From positions 32,001 through 96,000 of IMG/VR virus record IMGVR_UViG_3300037247_000655: DNA of 64,000 nucleotides; one strand, written 5' to 3'. The stretch comes from a virus. Positions 1 through 10,398 of the stretch are shown here, one piece after another; the stretch's first letter is position 1; the number at the start of each line of letters is the position of its first letter. A model generated the notes under the pieces. It did not search any database. It was given only the letters and a program-made list of their open reading frames with translations, and was not told where the DNA came from. A program made the position numbers and the translations under genes.

Positions 1-510
1 CTTGAGTTGGTTAAACAACAAAAAGACACGGGTGGTGGAGACGATAATGATGGTGGAGATAATCCAAGTGGTGATCAACCGAAAGATGAGGGAGTCAATT
101 CTCCTGGCCGACCACCTTCAACAAAGGACACTAAGCCCAGAGATGAAAGAACACCTACTACACAATCTTCTATACTATATCTAACCGCAGAGGGGTTTTT
201 AGACAAACTGGACGCGATACTAGACCCAGTTTATTTAGAACAAATAGGTGTCAAGAATGTACGGTCTCTAACCAAATCGCAGAAAACCGCACTTGACAGG
301 ACCAAACGCGGCATCTTATCTGTCTTGCAACCCAACGACGTTGTTACAAAGGAATTGATTTCTGCTAGACTTGCTGTATCTAGCGATAATGACAGGGCCA
401 TGGAAAATCGTTTTTGCGAATTGCTTGCACTTCAGACCACACACAGCGAAAAGACACCGACAGTAAAAGAGCGTCGTATGATAACGGCTTTTGCATGGGC
501 CACTGGATAA
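1..510 (+). CDS. probable portal protein, C-terminal part (truncated by window edge)
   Basis: Open frame from window edge; low-complexity G/D/P segment with GRPP..KDTKPR; lies upstream of protease and capsid genes. Confidence 0.5.
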   Translation, partial: LELVKQQKDTGGGDDNDGGDNPSGDQPKDEGVNSPGRPPSTKDTKPRDERTPTTQSSILYLTAEGFLDKLDAILDPVYLEQIGVKNVRSLTKSQKTALDRTKRGILSVLQPNDVVTKELISARLAVSSDNDRAMENRFCELLALQTTHSEKTPTVKERRMITAFAWATG

Positions 511-563
511 TTTGTATATTAACGGTTCGTTAATAAGAGTTTGGTTTATTTTAGGAGGTAGTT

Positions 564-893
564 ATGTCTATTGTTAATGTTTCGCTTGACACCAAAAGTA
601 GAGTTGTTGTTCTTACTATCGATGGGATACAAGTACCACAAGATGGGTGTAGTATAGACAGATGGATAAATATGGATGGTGAAGAGCATATATCTTTTAG
701 TTATACAAGAGAAAGTGTAAATGGTTCTGGGCTAACAGAAAGACACCAGTTCAGTCTTCCTACTCCCGAAGAATTAGCTGTAGTAACTATTGCTAATGTT
801 GACAAGGATGGACTAGTATCAAAGATTGTGTATAATGACGAAAAGGCTAAGGCGGATATTATTGATTTTCTTAAGAAAAAGCGTAATCCATAG
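564..893 (+). CDS. hypothetical protein (head module)
   Basis: AGGAGG RBS upstream; 109 aa ORF. Confidence 0.7.
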   Translation: MSIVNVSLDTKSRVVVLTIDGIQVPQDGCSIDRWINMDGEEHISFSYTRESVNGSGLTERHQFSLPTPEELAVVTIANVDKDGLVSKIVYNDEKAKADIIDFLKKKRNP

Positions 894-953
894 TAATATG
901 TCCATGAATGGTCTTTTTGTTAGTATGTTCACGCATACTTTATTCTTATATTT

Positions 954-961
954 GTGTATAA
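954..961 (+). promoter_or_regulatory. putative late promoter GTGTATAA
   Basis: Same octamer recurs in 9 intergenic regions, mostly before virion genes. Confidence 0.6.
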
Positions 962-970
962 TGCATACGA

Positions 971-2434
971 ATGGAGGCTTTCTTGCGTATTTATCAATCT
1001 GAAAAAGAAGATGGCGTAGACGCCCAGATGTCGGCTGATAAAAGTTCTGTTGCATTTGTTACAGCACCAGTTAATATAGGAGATATCAAGAAGTACTTCG
1101 ACGGCATGTCTATGGAGGATATAATTAAAGCTACGTCTACCATTCAGACTGTGGAAGAATTATTGGGTCAAGTACAACCAGATTTAGCTCTAGTGGTTGC
1201 TATTTTAGTTAGTACAGGTTGGAACGACAATGATGATATCTTTACTCCAGCGGAAGTTTGGAAGGCCAGGTCAACTCCTCTACACAAACCCATGAATGAT
1301 AATCATCAGGCCGAAAAGATTTTGGGCCATATTGTTCAAACCAGGGTTTTGGATAAATCTGGTGAAGAAATTGTTGTTGCAGAGGGCGGGTCTCCACCGG
1401 ATGAGTTTGATATAGAAGTAGCTGGTGTACTTTACAGAGCATTCGATGTGTTATCGGATAGAATAGAAGAAATCATAACCAAAGCTCAAAATGGTGAGAT
1501 GTTTGTGTCTATGGAGGCTTGGTTTCCAGATTTTGGCTATGGATTAACTAATACATCTACGGGGAAAACCAATCTCATTGACCGGACAGAATCCACTGCT
1601 TTTCTAACTAAGCACCTGAGGATCTACGGAGGCAGTGGTGAATATCAGGGATACAAGGTCGGTAGGGTTCTAAAAGATATAATTTTTGGTGCGCAAGGGT
1701 TTACTGAAAATCCTGCAAATCCTGAATCTGTAATTAAGGTTGCGGCAAGTCGGGGAGCCGCTTCTAAAGTGTTTGTTACTGCTGAATTGAATGGGTTATT
1801 GGAAGGGGGTGTAGAAGACATGGATAAGGATCAACTAAAAGAACTACAGGTGCAGCTAGATGAGGCCAAGGCCAGTCTGGAGAGCAAGACGCAAGAGGTT
1901 AGTGAACTACAAAAAGCCGCAGATGACTTTAAAGCTAAGGATTATGATGGTCAAATTACTACTCTTAATACGAAGTTAGAAGAGATGACTGTAGATGCAG
2001 ACAAAGCAACTGAAACAATGAAGGTTATCTCAGGTCAGAAGAATGAACTTCAGAAGCAGTTGGATGAGGTGACGAATCGTGCCGATAAGAGCGAAGCGGA
2101 ACTAGAGGTGATTCGTAAGAATGAAGTAGCTCGTGACCGTTTTGCGCAGTTGTCTGAAGTCAAACAGATTGATGACAAGGATGCAACTCTAGCGGAACTT
2201 TGTTCTATGAGTGACGAGACGTTCGCATTGGTTCTGAAGTTTGCTGGTGATACAGACAAGTCTGATAATAAAGAATCAGAAAAGACTGAAGCTGCTTTGG
2301 ATGACGTTAAGACAGACGATAGTGCTGATTTTATTGCTGATGCAAGTTCTGCCGAGACGGCGAAAGAGAGTTGGAGAACGTTGGCGAATGTGCTGACTGG
2401 ACACGAAACAAAGAAAGATGAAGGGGGTGAATAG
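971..2434 (+). CDS. prohead protease with C-terminal coiled-coil scaffold
   Basis: N-terminal WNDNDD..H..IGH..VSME motifs; long acidic coiled coil; position before decoration and capsid genes. Confidence 0.7.
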   Translation: MEAFLRIYQSEKEDGVDAQMSADKSSVAFVTAPVNIGDIKKYFDGMSMEDIIKATSTIQTVEELLGQVQPDLALVVAILVSTGWNDNDDIFTPAEVWKARSTPLHKPMNDNHQAEKILGHIVQTRVLDKSGEEIVVAEGGSPPDEFDIEVAGVLYRAFDVLSDRIEEIITKAQNGEMFVSMEAWFPDFGYGLTNTSTGKTNLIDRTESTAFLTKHLRIYGGSGEYQGYKVGRVLKDIIFGAQGFTENPANPESVIKVAASRGAASKVFVTAELNGLLEGGVEDMDKDQLKELQVQLDEAKASLESKTQEVSELQKAADDFKAKDYDGQITTLNTKLEEMTVDADKATETMKVISGQKNELQKQLDEVTNRADKSEAELEVIRKNEVARDRFAQLSEVKQIDDKDATLAELCSMSDETFALVLKFAGDTDKSDNKESEKTEAALDDVKTDDSADFIADASSAETAKESWRTLANVLTGHETKKDEGGE

Positions 2435-2436
2435 GG

Positions 2437-2916
2437 ATGGCTTTAAAACCAGATCGTGAAATTAATGAAGTTACTGACATTACTAACTTTTGGACTACTA
2501 TTGCTGCTGAAAAGGGTGGTTGTGCTAGTAATGTGACCCAGGGCTCTGGCGCCTCTATGGGTACCAACATAGTTGATGAAGCTAATGTGGTAGGTTATGT
2601 GGCCAATCCTTCGGGAGCAATAGCAAAGGGTATTTTGCTGCAGCCAGTAAACGCACCGATGAGTGCTACCAGAGACTTCCTGAATTTTGAAAGTGGTGAA
2701 ATTCGTCCTGGTGATAAGTGTACTTTGGTGAAAAAGGGGTTTGTGGTTACAGATATGATCGTTGGTAGTACACCGACTGCTGGTGCTACGGCGTATTTGG
2801 CTGCAAGTGGTAAGTTGAGTATGGCAAACTACGGTAGTGCGTCTCCAGCAATTGGTCGTTTCGAGACAACTGTAGATGGTAATGGGTTTGCTAGAGTTTC
2901 TATTGATATTACATAA
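2437..2916 (+). CDS. head decoration/capsid cement protein
   Basis: Small Gly-rich beta protein (G..AYLAASG.L, IGRF) between scaffold and capsid genes. Confidence 0.6.
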   Translation: MALKPDREINEVTDITNFWTTIAAEKGGCASNVTQGSGASMGTNIVDEANVVGYVANPSGAIAKGILLQPVNAPMSATRDFLNFESGEIRPGDKCTLVKKGFVVTDMIVGSTPTAGATAYLAASGKLSMANYGSASPAIGRFETTVDGNGFARVSIDIT

Positions 2917-2934
2917 GGGGGGTGAAAAAGTACT

Positions 2935-3951
2935 ATGCGTAAAATAACCAAACCAACACCTGAACAGATTGAGCTTTTAAGGCGAACTGGTTCTTCAAAT
3001 AAGGCAGAAGCCCTAGAAGCGATGCATTCTTTGGCTCAGGCTCTACAAATTCCTTTGAGATCAGCATTGATCGATGGCGATATTCTAGGTGGGATCTTCG
3101 CACCCGAGGTGCTAGACCCGAGTGCAACGGCTGAGTATCCGCTTGATTTTTATCAGACCGCACAAGAAAACGACTACGTTGCATATACGCTTCCAAGCGA
3201 AGGTGCATTGCCACAGCGCAATGTCTCCGGTGATGCGGTTACCGTTCAGACCTACGACGTAGGTAATGCCATAGACTGGCCGCTTAAGTATTCTTTTTCT
3301 GCACGTTGGAATATTGTCGCTCGTGCTATGGAGGTACTTGAGGCAGGATTTGTCAAGAAGATGAATACTGATGGTTGGCGTGTAATCATAGCTGCTGGTG
3401 CTGGTCGAACAGACTATGCAGGTGGGGCTCCATTGGTGTATGACAGTGCGGCTACTGTTGGTCAGTTTACGAAGCGTTTGATTTCTCTGATGAAAACTAC
3501 GATGACTCGTCTGGCAGGTGGAAACAGCGCTACTGCTAATCGTGGTAGGCTTACCGACTTGTATATGAGTCCAGAAGCGCTTGAAGACATTCGTGAATGG
3601 GATCACGACGAGGTTGATGATGATACTCGTAACAGAATCTTTAATGCTACTGACGAAGTTCTGTCTAGTATCTATGGGGTCAATTTGCATGTACTGGACG
3701 AACTTGGTGTAGGCCAGGAGTTCCAGACGTTCTTTGAGACACTTGGTGTTAGTATGGGTACTGACGATGAGGAAATAGTCGTGGGTCTTGACTTATCTCA
3801 TGGAGATTCGTTCGTTATGCCAATCAGGCGTGAGTTGGTAATCTTTGAAGACGACGCCCTGCACAGGAAACAGCGCGCCGGATTTTATGGATGGCAAGAG
3901 CACGGTTTTGCGTCATTAGATGGTAGAAGGTGCCTCGTCGGATCTTTTTAG
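2935..3951 (+). CDS. major capsid protein (HK97 fold)
   Basis: 338 aa; LTDLYMSPE..IYGVNL..GFYGWQEHGF motifs; canonical gene order; followed by strong terminator. Confidence 0.8.
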   Translation: MRKITKPTPEQIELLRRTGSSNKAEALEAMHSLAQALQIPLRSALIDGDILGGIFAPEVLDPSATAEYPLDFYQTAQENDYVAYTLPSEGALPQRNVSGDAVTVQTYDVGNAIDWPLKYSFSARWNIVARAMEVLEAGFVKKMNTDGWRVIIAAGAGRTDYAGGAPLVYDSAATVGQFTKRLISLMKTTMTRLAGGNSATANRGRLTDLYMSPEALEDIREWDHDEVDDDTRNRIFNATDEVLSSIYGVNLHVLDELGVGQEFQTFFETLGVSMGTDDEEIVVGLDLSHGDSFVMPIRRELVIFEDDALHRKQRAGFYGWQEHGFASLDGRRCLVGSF

Positions 3952-3966
3952 GATGGTTCTAATAAG

Positions 3967-4002
3967 AAAACAGGGCTGACGATTAGTCAGCTCTGTTTTT
4001 TT
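3967..4002 (+). terminator. intrinsic terminator after capsid gene
   Basis: CAGGGCTGAC-GATTA-GTCAGCTCTG hairpin + T7. Confidence 0.85.
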
Positions 4003-4028
4003 GGGACTATATAAATTATTTTTTCCAT

Positions 4029-4057
4029 GCAACAGAACACACTTTGTAACGTATAAT
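4029..4057 (+). promoter_or_regulatory. putative early/middle promoter GCAAC-N16-CGTATAAT
   Basis: Bipartite motif found at 6 intergenic sites. Confidence 0.65.
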
Positions 4058-4076
4058 AATGGGGAAGGAGACTGTT

Positions 4077-5327
4077 ATGTTAAAAAAGCAAATTGATATT
4101 GAGAAAGCAATTAGACTTTATCGGGACGAGGGTAAACATACTCCAGAAGTATCAAAAGCTGTTGGATGTTCTGTTCAGACATTAATCACTCGATTAAGAG
4201 ATGCTGGTGTGACGATTAGGACGGCTGGAGAGTCTCATCAAAAAATTGATTTTGAGACAATACGACACGAATACGAAGATTTGAAGATGTCAACGTCAAA
4301 GATAGCTTCAAAGCATGGAATGAGTCAAGTTTCTATGTGGGGAAGACTGGTGAATGGGGGTGTTCAGATGCGTGATAGAAAAGAAGAGGCAAGAAAAGCT
4401 TGTATTACGATTCCTGTGTCGGATCATCTATCCATTTGCGAACGTTATAAAACCAACAAGCACGAAAGCTGTGCTGATATAGCCGAGGATTATGGAGTTC
4501 ACAGAACTACTATAGCTGCTGTTCTCAAGAAAAACAATATAACCCCTGAACATTCGGGTGCTCGCATTAAATCATACAAAGGTGGTATCACTAAGCTCCA
4601 CACAAGAATACGCAATTGTGAAAAGGCCGAATTTTTGCGGCGTGCCTGTATGGAAAGAGATGACTATAAATGTCGTATCTCAGGAGAAGTCGGCAAGTTA
4701 GAAGTCCATCATTATCCCAAAGTTTTTTCTAAGATGTTTAATGAATTCCTTGCTTTACATACGGATTTGAATCCCATCGAGGATTGTGATGAACTCTTAC
4801 TATTATCTCAGGATTACGAATCATTTTGGGAAATAGATAATGGCATGACAGTTACGGAAGAAATGCATAAAAGATTGCATATGCACAATGGAATCAAAGA
4901 TGAAGAGTTGATATCCTTGCATGATAAAGGGTGGTCATGTCAGCGTATTTCCAAGTATTTCGGCAAATCAGCGTCATTCGTTCGCGCCAGATTCTTGGCT
5001 ATTGGACAAGCTAGGAAAAGTCCAGGATTTTATAACAAGATGCGATCAGAAATAAGTGAAGAAACCCAAGCGGGAGTTTTAGAAGCTTATGTTCGTGGTG
5101 ATGTTGTCAGGCAGATATGCAACAGATATGACATTGCAAGTAGTACATTATACAAAATTCTGCGAGATAATCAGATCATTCCAGGTAATCGTAAAAAGTC
5201 TACAGAAAGTAAAGCTAGACAAGAAAGCACCAGAGTTCACCAGCTACGAGATTCTGGGGTTACTGTCCAAGAATTAGCGAGGATGTATGAAGTGAGTGAC
5301 ACAACAATTCGCAACATTCTATTGTAA
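4077..5327 (+). CDS. HNH endonuclease with multiple HTH repeats
   Basis: RDDYKC..LEVHH..NG.T....H HNH core; repeated HTH segments; AAGGAG RBS favours ATG 4077. Confidence 0.75.
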   Translation: MLKKQIDIEKAIRLYRDEGKHTPEVSKAVGCSVQTLITRLRDAGVTIRTAGESHQKIDFETIRHEYEDLKMSTSKIASKHGMSQVSMWGRLVNGGVQMRDRKEEARKACITIPVSDHLSICERYKTNKHESCADIAEDYGVHRTTIAAVLKKNNITPEHSGARIKSYKGGITKLHTRIRNCEKAEFLRRACMERDDYKCRISGEVGKLEVHHYPKVFSKMFNEFLALHTDLNPIEDCDELLLLSQDYESFWEIDNGMTVTEEMHKRLHMHNGIKDEELISLHDKGWSCQRISKYFGKSASFVRARFLAIGQARKSPGFYNKMRSEISEETQAGVLEAYVRGDVVRQICNRYDIASSTLYKILRDNQIIPGNRKKSTESKARQESTRVHQLRDSGVTVQELARMYEVSDTTIRNILL

Positions 5328-5467
5328 TACTTAATACTTTCTGTATATAATTAGTTGAGTTCACATCTAAGGAGTCGGAAGCTGCGTATGCGGTTTCCAG
5401 CTCCTTTTTCTTTTAATTCTTGGTGTATAATTTAGTGAAAGGTCTTTTTTCTGGAGGTTCTACGTCC

Positions 5468-5845
5468 ATGACTGATGCCCAGGTAGCAGAATTATATTCT
5501 AGTGGAAATAGCTGTGCAGAGGTTGCCAGACTAGACAAGTGTAGTGAGACGTGCATGTATAATCGCTTAATATCCTTGGGTGTGGTTCTGAGGAGCAGAT
5601 CGGAAGCTAACAAGATTTTCCCTGATACTATTTTTATGATTCTGTACAACATGGGCCTGTCTACTTCTCAAGTCGGAAGAGTTTTGGGTATCAATTCATC
5701 GACGGTAACCAAAAGATTACACTCCCTTCATTATCCTTTGCGGTCTCGCACACTAGCTCAAAAGATAAGATACACAGAAAAAGAATTCAAGAAGTATTTT
5801 ATGGTTCCACAACTGTTGGATAGATTAGTAGAATGGGTGAATTAG
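5468..5845 (+). CDS. HTH DNA-binding protein
   Basis: Two HTH-like repeats (LY..G.S...VA/VG); GGAGG RBS before ATG 5468; GTGTATAA at 5423-5430. Confidence 0.6.
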   Translation: MTDAQVAELYSSGNSCAEVARLDKCSETCMYNRLISLGVVLRSRSEANKIFPDTIFMILYNMGLSTSQVGRVLGINSSTVTKRLHSLHYPLRSRTLAQKIRYTEKEFKKYFMVPQLLDRLVEWVN

Positions 5846-5876
5846 TAATTTTTATATTGTTTAAGGAGGATGGGGT

Positions 5877-6218
5877 ATGTCTTTAATAGGCCAATCTATA
5901 GTGGAATTTGATTTCTTTCCAGATTCGCCACCGTCTATTGTGGGAGAACTAGTTACTGGACAGTCTGTCAATATAGAATTATGGGAAAATGACAATGCAG
6001 TGTCTATAGGCTCCAGTGGTTGTGGAGAAATTGGTTCGACTGGCAGGTATAGCTGGTCTACCGGTGGTATCACGACTCTTACAGCTAGCCGTCAACAATT
6101 CCATTGGCGAATGTCTGATGGGTCAAATACTGACGAAGGCGACTTTGTGCTTATATCTCACGAAAATCGTGATGGTGGCATGCCATCATTAAACGACAAG
6201 CCTTCCTACATAGTCTAA
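5877..6218 (+). CDS. virion protein, stand-alone copy of shared 'anchor' domain
   Basis: VNIELW..SSGC.EIG.TGRYSWST motif also at C-termini of 6275-8023 and 8645-9835. Confidence 0.65.
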   Translation: MSLIGQSIVEFDFFPDSPPSIVGELVTGQSVNIELWENDNAVSIGSSGCGEIGSTGRYSWSTGGITTLTASRQQFHWRMSDGSNTDEGDFVLISHENRDGGMPSLNDKPSYIV

Positions 6219-6274
6219 CCTACATTGATGTTTGTTGCAAATAAACATTGTTTGCAACATAAGGAGTACACAAA

Positions 6275-8023
6275 ATGGCAACCGATATTATATTTGGTGA
6301 ACAAGCTACGTTTCGGGGGAGTGATTCCCGTTACGGTAAAGTTGTTGCTCTGAATGATGAAACGGTTGTCGTGGCGTATAATGATGTAGCTGATTCCAAT
6401 CACGGAACAGCTAAGGTGGGGTCAGTCTCTGGTAGCGATGTAGTATTTGGTGCGGAAACTGAATTCATGTCTAGTGGTACTGGTGGTGTCACAACACTCG
6501 ATATAAAGAAGATTGATGATGATAGATTTCTTTTAGCATATAGAGACGGTCCAAGTGATAACAATGGAGTGGCTGTAGTAGGGACAGTCAGTGGTACTAC
6601 AATAACTTTTGGTGATGCGTCTGGATTTATGACTACATTAGGTGGTTCGGTAATAGATATAACTTTGTCTATGTTCTCTGAGACAAAATTTGTAGTCGGA
6701 TATGCTGATTCCGGTCAGGGTACACAGGGGTTTGCAAGGATAGGTACTATAAGTGGTACTACGGTTACGTTTGGTGATGAAACGAGGTTCTTACTGGGTC
6801 ATGCAGATTGGATTGATGTAGCAACTATAAATGAATCTGGATTTGTGGTTTCGTATCAAGATGGAAGAACTAATCCAAAAACAGCTCAGTCAAAAATCGG
6901 AACAGTTGATGGAACAGCCATAACTTTCGGTGCCGAATCAGAATTCGACAATGATGGTGATTTTGCTTATATTTCTATAGCTAAGCTTGACCCAGATAGG
7001 GTCGTGATTACGTACAGAGGCAAGAGTGCAACCTATCTAGGAAGAGCTATAGTTGGTACCATTTCGGGCACAACTATTACGTACGGAGATCAGTTCACAT
7101 ACAACAATGGTGCCTCTTTTTACACCTCTGTCACGACGGTGTCTGCTACTAGATTTATTGTTGGTTGCTGGGACAACAGCGATGGTGCTCATGGGACTGT
7201 TACAGTTGGGACAGTGACAGGAACAGATATAGAATTTGGTACCGAAAATACGTTTGTAATTGGCGCAGCTAGTTACGTCTCGGTTGATCTCATAAATCAA
7301 AATAAATTTATTGTTGGATATAGAGATGACAGTGATTCAAACAGAGGAAAAGCCAATATAGGATTATTATACGCACAAACTATCGATGAGTTTGATCTAT
7401 TCATAGAGGGACTAGGGGGTATATTAAAAACTGGCGAGCTAGATCTGTTCACAAAAGGATGTGCATCAATAACTGGTGAGATAGATCTATTTGTAGGAGG
7501 GTACGAGTTAACCACTGGCGAGATAGGGCTATTCATACCGGCACCGCCACCTGATCTTTACGCAAGTAAATATATGTTTGTCGGTGGTTATCAAAATATC
7601 TGGGCATCCGGAGCACTATTTATAGAAGGGTTCGGTTTAACAACTGGAGAGATGGATCTATTCATAGCAGTGGGTGCCACACAGGCGGCCGGGATACCCT
7701 TAAGAATTGTTCACCGTTTGGTAAAAACTGGAGATTATGATCCGCAGTTAATTGGTATATTCGACGACATACCAGTTAATGTAACAATAGAGGTGTGGGA
7801 CATCGTAGGTGGAAGTAACACATCGATGATCCTTACTGACAACAATTGTTACGCAATAGGAAATACTGATAAATGGGGATGGTCTACAGCTCACTTGCGT
7901 CATACTGGACAAAAAAAGAAATACCAATACTATTTTAGGATGACTTCGAATGAATTGGAAGAGGTGTATGGTGAATTTTTTATAACCGTACCAGAACGCG
8001 GACGTTTTTCGTACCCAGATTAG
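6275..8023 (+). CDS. virion protein: beta-propeller-like repeats + DLF repeats + anchor domain
   Basis: About seven ~50-aa repeats (F.V.Y.D....G.A.IGT.SGT.ITFG.E..F), then DLFIxG repeats. Confidence 0.7.
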   Translation: MATDIIFGEQATFRGSDSRYGKVVALNDETVVVAYNDVADSNHGTAKVGSVSGSDVVFGAETEFMSSGTGGVTTLDIKKIDDDRFLLAYRDGPSDNNGVAVVGTVSGTTITFGDASGFMTTLGGSVIDITLSMFSETKFVVGYADSGQGTQGFARIGTISGTTVTFGDETRFLLGHADWIDVATINESGFVVSYQDGRTNPKTAQSKIGTVDGTAITFGAESEFDNDGDFAYISIAKLDPDRVVITYRGKSATYLGRAIVGTISGTTITYGDQFTYNNGASFYTSVTTVSATRFIVGCWDNSDGAHGTVTVGTVTGTDIEFGTENTFVIGAASYVSVDLINQNKFIVGYRDDSDSNRGKANIGLLYAQTIDEFDLFIEGLGGILKTGELDLFTKGCASITGEIDLFVGGYELTTGEIGLFIPAPPPDLYASKYMFVGGYQNIWASGALFIEGFGLTTGEMDLFIAVGATQAAGIPLRIVHRLVKTGDYDPQLIGIFDDIPVNVTIEVWDIVGGSNTSMILTDNNCYAIGNTDKWGWSTAHLRHTGQKKKYQYYFRMTSNELEEVYGEFFITVPERGRFSYPD

Positions 8024-8032
8024 GAGGACAAC

Positions 8033-8578
8033 ATGACTTGGGATACTGACCTAGTTTTGATGACGAGAGTCCTGATAAGCGACATCAATACTCCACAGAC
8101 ATACACGGATACATATTTGGAGCGAGTTCTCGTCACAGCAGGCATACTTGTTGATGCAGAAATGGTGTTCGTATATACTTATGTGTATGATATCAACGCA
8201 ATTACCATAGTACCAGATCCAGTCGTTAGCGAAGATTCGGATTTTATGGCCCTGGTGCCATTAAAAGCAGCGTGTATTCTTACACAAGCAGAATTCAATA
8301 AGGCTCTGGGCCAAGGTATAAAGGTGCGAGACGGAGACAGTGCTATAGATACAAGTGTGAGTTTTAGAGGGTACCGGGATATTCTGGAATTAGGTCCTTG
8401 CGCGGCATATGAGAAGCTTAAATGGACTATGTTGGCGTCTGGAAGTAATAGTGGAGGCGGTGTTGGCAAGGCAGTTCTTGGACCACATAGTAAGCCGGGG
8501 AGCATCGCTCTTAGTACCATCTCGTGGTATTACGATCAGTACGCAACGAATGCAACAGGTAGAAGAGATCGTTCTTAG
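8033..8578 (+). CDS. putative head-tail adaptor protein
   Basis: Helical 181 aa protein with R.LI.D.....Y.D..L start typical of gp6/gp15-like adaptors; position. Confidence 0.5.
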   Translation: MTWDTDLVLMTRVLISDINTPQTYTDTYLERVLVTAGILVDAEMVFVYTYVYDINAITIVPDPVVSEDSDFMALVPLKAACILTQAEFNKALGQGIKVRDGDSAIDTSVSFRGYRDILELGPCAAYEKLKWTMLASGSNSGGGVGKAVLGPHSKPGSIALSTISWYYDQYATNATGRRDRS

Positions 8579-8644
8579 TATTATATCAATAAACTACATA
8601 CAGTTGTGTTGAGATTGTGTCAGTTACATGGAATGGAAGAATGA

Positions 8645-9835
8645 ATGTCCATATTAAGATCTGATAATGTAATCTATTATCATCCATGCGATTCTGTTGT
8701 TGATTACAACAGTGTGGCATGGACTAATCCAAACTTGTGGGTTCCTACTGGTACATTTACAAGTGGGCTCATAGATAATTCTTATCACAATGGAGACATG
8801 GGGGTTGGCGGTGTTTACACCAACAGTAATGGAGCTAGTAGGATAACCGTTTGTTTTTGGACCTATGATCAACTTTCGCCAGCCAGGATAAATGTTGGTT
8901 TTGTTAATCATGCACCAGAGCAATATCAAATCATACAACTAGATGCTGTCACAGACAGGGTGGTACTGTTCGCCGGAGGTAATACTGCAGATGTGGTCTG
9001 GAGTGGTGTCGTCACGCAGGGTTCAGGTTGGCATTTTCATGTTCTCGACATGGAGCGTGCTTGTGGTTCTTGGATCCTGAGGCATTCAAGGGATGGTTCC
9101 GACTGGACATCAGAACCAGCTGAGGTAGGTCCTGATCTTCATGGTATTCATAGTGATTCTCACATAGCTGGTGGGGACGTAACTACTACCAATGCTGTTG
9201 ACGAAGTTGTTTTGTGGAGGAACGCAAGGCTGTTTACTTCAGGAGAGTTATCAAATTTATATGAGCTATTCAATACACATGGAACCACTATGGACCAATA
9301 CACTAATGTTTTCGGTATAACAGGTTTTACTGAACCACTACCAGACACATATTCTGCCGTGTCATTATATATTACTGGTCCTTCAGGGGTTAACTGTGGA
9401 ATCCCACTTTATATGCGATGCCCCGAAGCAGCCAGTGGTTCTTTTGATATTTCTATAAGAGGTATAATTCCTGCTACTCCATCGTCCGATCAGACAGGTA
9501 AACCGTTCGACTGGCTTATAAGAACATCAGATTACTATCCACAGATAGTCGGTACCCTACTTGCTTCGTCTGGCGTCAACATACAAGTATGGGATACTAC
9601 TGATGGCAACAATGTGTTGGTGGACGTAAGCAGTAGCGGTTGCTATGACATAGGGAATACTGGACGCTGGGGATGGTCTACCTCTGGTTTGCCACTGGCG
9701 CAGGGGCATGCCAGGCAATACTTCTATATGATGACGTCTGACGCGGGTGAGAAGTTCGATGGACAGTTTGTTATGGATATTCCAGAAAGAGCGAAGTGGA
9801 TACATCCAGACAATCAAAATGATTACATATTATAG
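8645..9835 (+). CDS. LamG/ConA-like domain virion protein with anchor domain
   Basis: GWHFHV, DEVVLW...FT..EL..LY LamG motifs; shared C-terminal domain. Confidence 0.7.
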   Translation: MSILRSDNVIYYHPCDSVVDYNSVAWTNPNLWVPTGTFTSGLIDNSYHNGDMGVGGVYTNSNGASRITVCFWTYDQLSPARINVGFVNHAPEQYQIIQLDAVTDRVVLFAGGNTADVVWSGVVTQGSGWHFHVLDMERACGSWILRHSRDGSDWTSEPAEVGPDLHGIHSDSHIAGGDVTTTNAVDEVVLWRNARLFTSGELSNLYELFNTHGTTMDQYTNVFGITGFTEPLPDTYSAVSLYITGPSGVNCGIPLYMRCPEAASGSFDISIRGIIPATPSSDQTGKPFDWLIRTSDYYPQIVGTLLASSGVNIQVWDTTDGNNVLVDVSSSGCYDIGNTGRWGWSTSGLPLAQGHARQYFYMMTSDAGEKFDGQFVMDIPERAKWIHPDNQNDYIL

Positions 9836-9874
9836 TTGTTAATGTATTTTTGTTCGACAGAAGGAGTTAATTTT

Positions 9875-10129
9875 ATGCCTTTGACACATGGAAAAATTTT
9901 CGCTATAAACCAATTCGTGGATGGGTACGCTGATGAAGTGGATCCTCACATACACCACAAAGGACTTAATGATTACATTAATACTCTGGTGGATGCCAGA
10001 GAGGATGTGCTAGCCTTAATTCGTATCAACGAAGATATAGCTGATGGGAATGTTGATATGATACTAGTAAAGGCCAAGCTAAGAATTAGGAATGCAGTCA
10101 CACAATTGTTGGAGTTGATACCAGAATGA
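9875..10129 (+). CDS. hypothetical protein
   Basis: AAGGAG RBS before ATG 9875; ATGA overlap with next gene. Confidence 0.55.
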   Translation: MPLTHGKIFAINQFVDGYADEVDPHIHHKGLNDYINTLVDAREDVLALIRINEDIADGNVDMILVKAKLRIRNAVTQLLELIPE

Positions 10130-10398
10130 AGATAACTATAGAACCAGAACAAGGTGACACGAACGATGTGGTTGTGTTAAAAGGTGTATATCAATTTTCT
10201 TTGTACGGATGCCTAAAGAGCGAGTGTATACTGAAAGATATTTTTAGGATGAGTGTCGTTGACGATCCAAACGAATTATTGGGGCTGTTACGGATGACGG
10301 AGTTAGACATAACAGACTTTAAGATAAATAAGAATAATTCACAGGATAAAGGTTGCAATAAAGCGAACGATCCAGCACACCTTAAAAATACTTCTTAG
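10126..10398 (+). CDS. hypothetical protein
   Basis: Translationally coupled ORF. Confidence 0.55.
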   Translation: MKITIEPEQGDTNDVVVLKGVYQFSLYGCLKSECILKDIFRMSVVDDPNELLGLLRMTELDITDFKINKNNSQDKGCNKANDPAHLKNTS

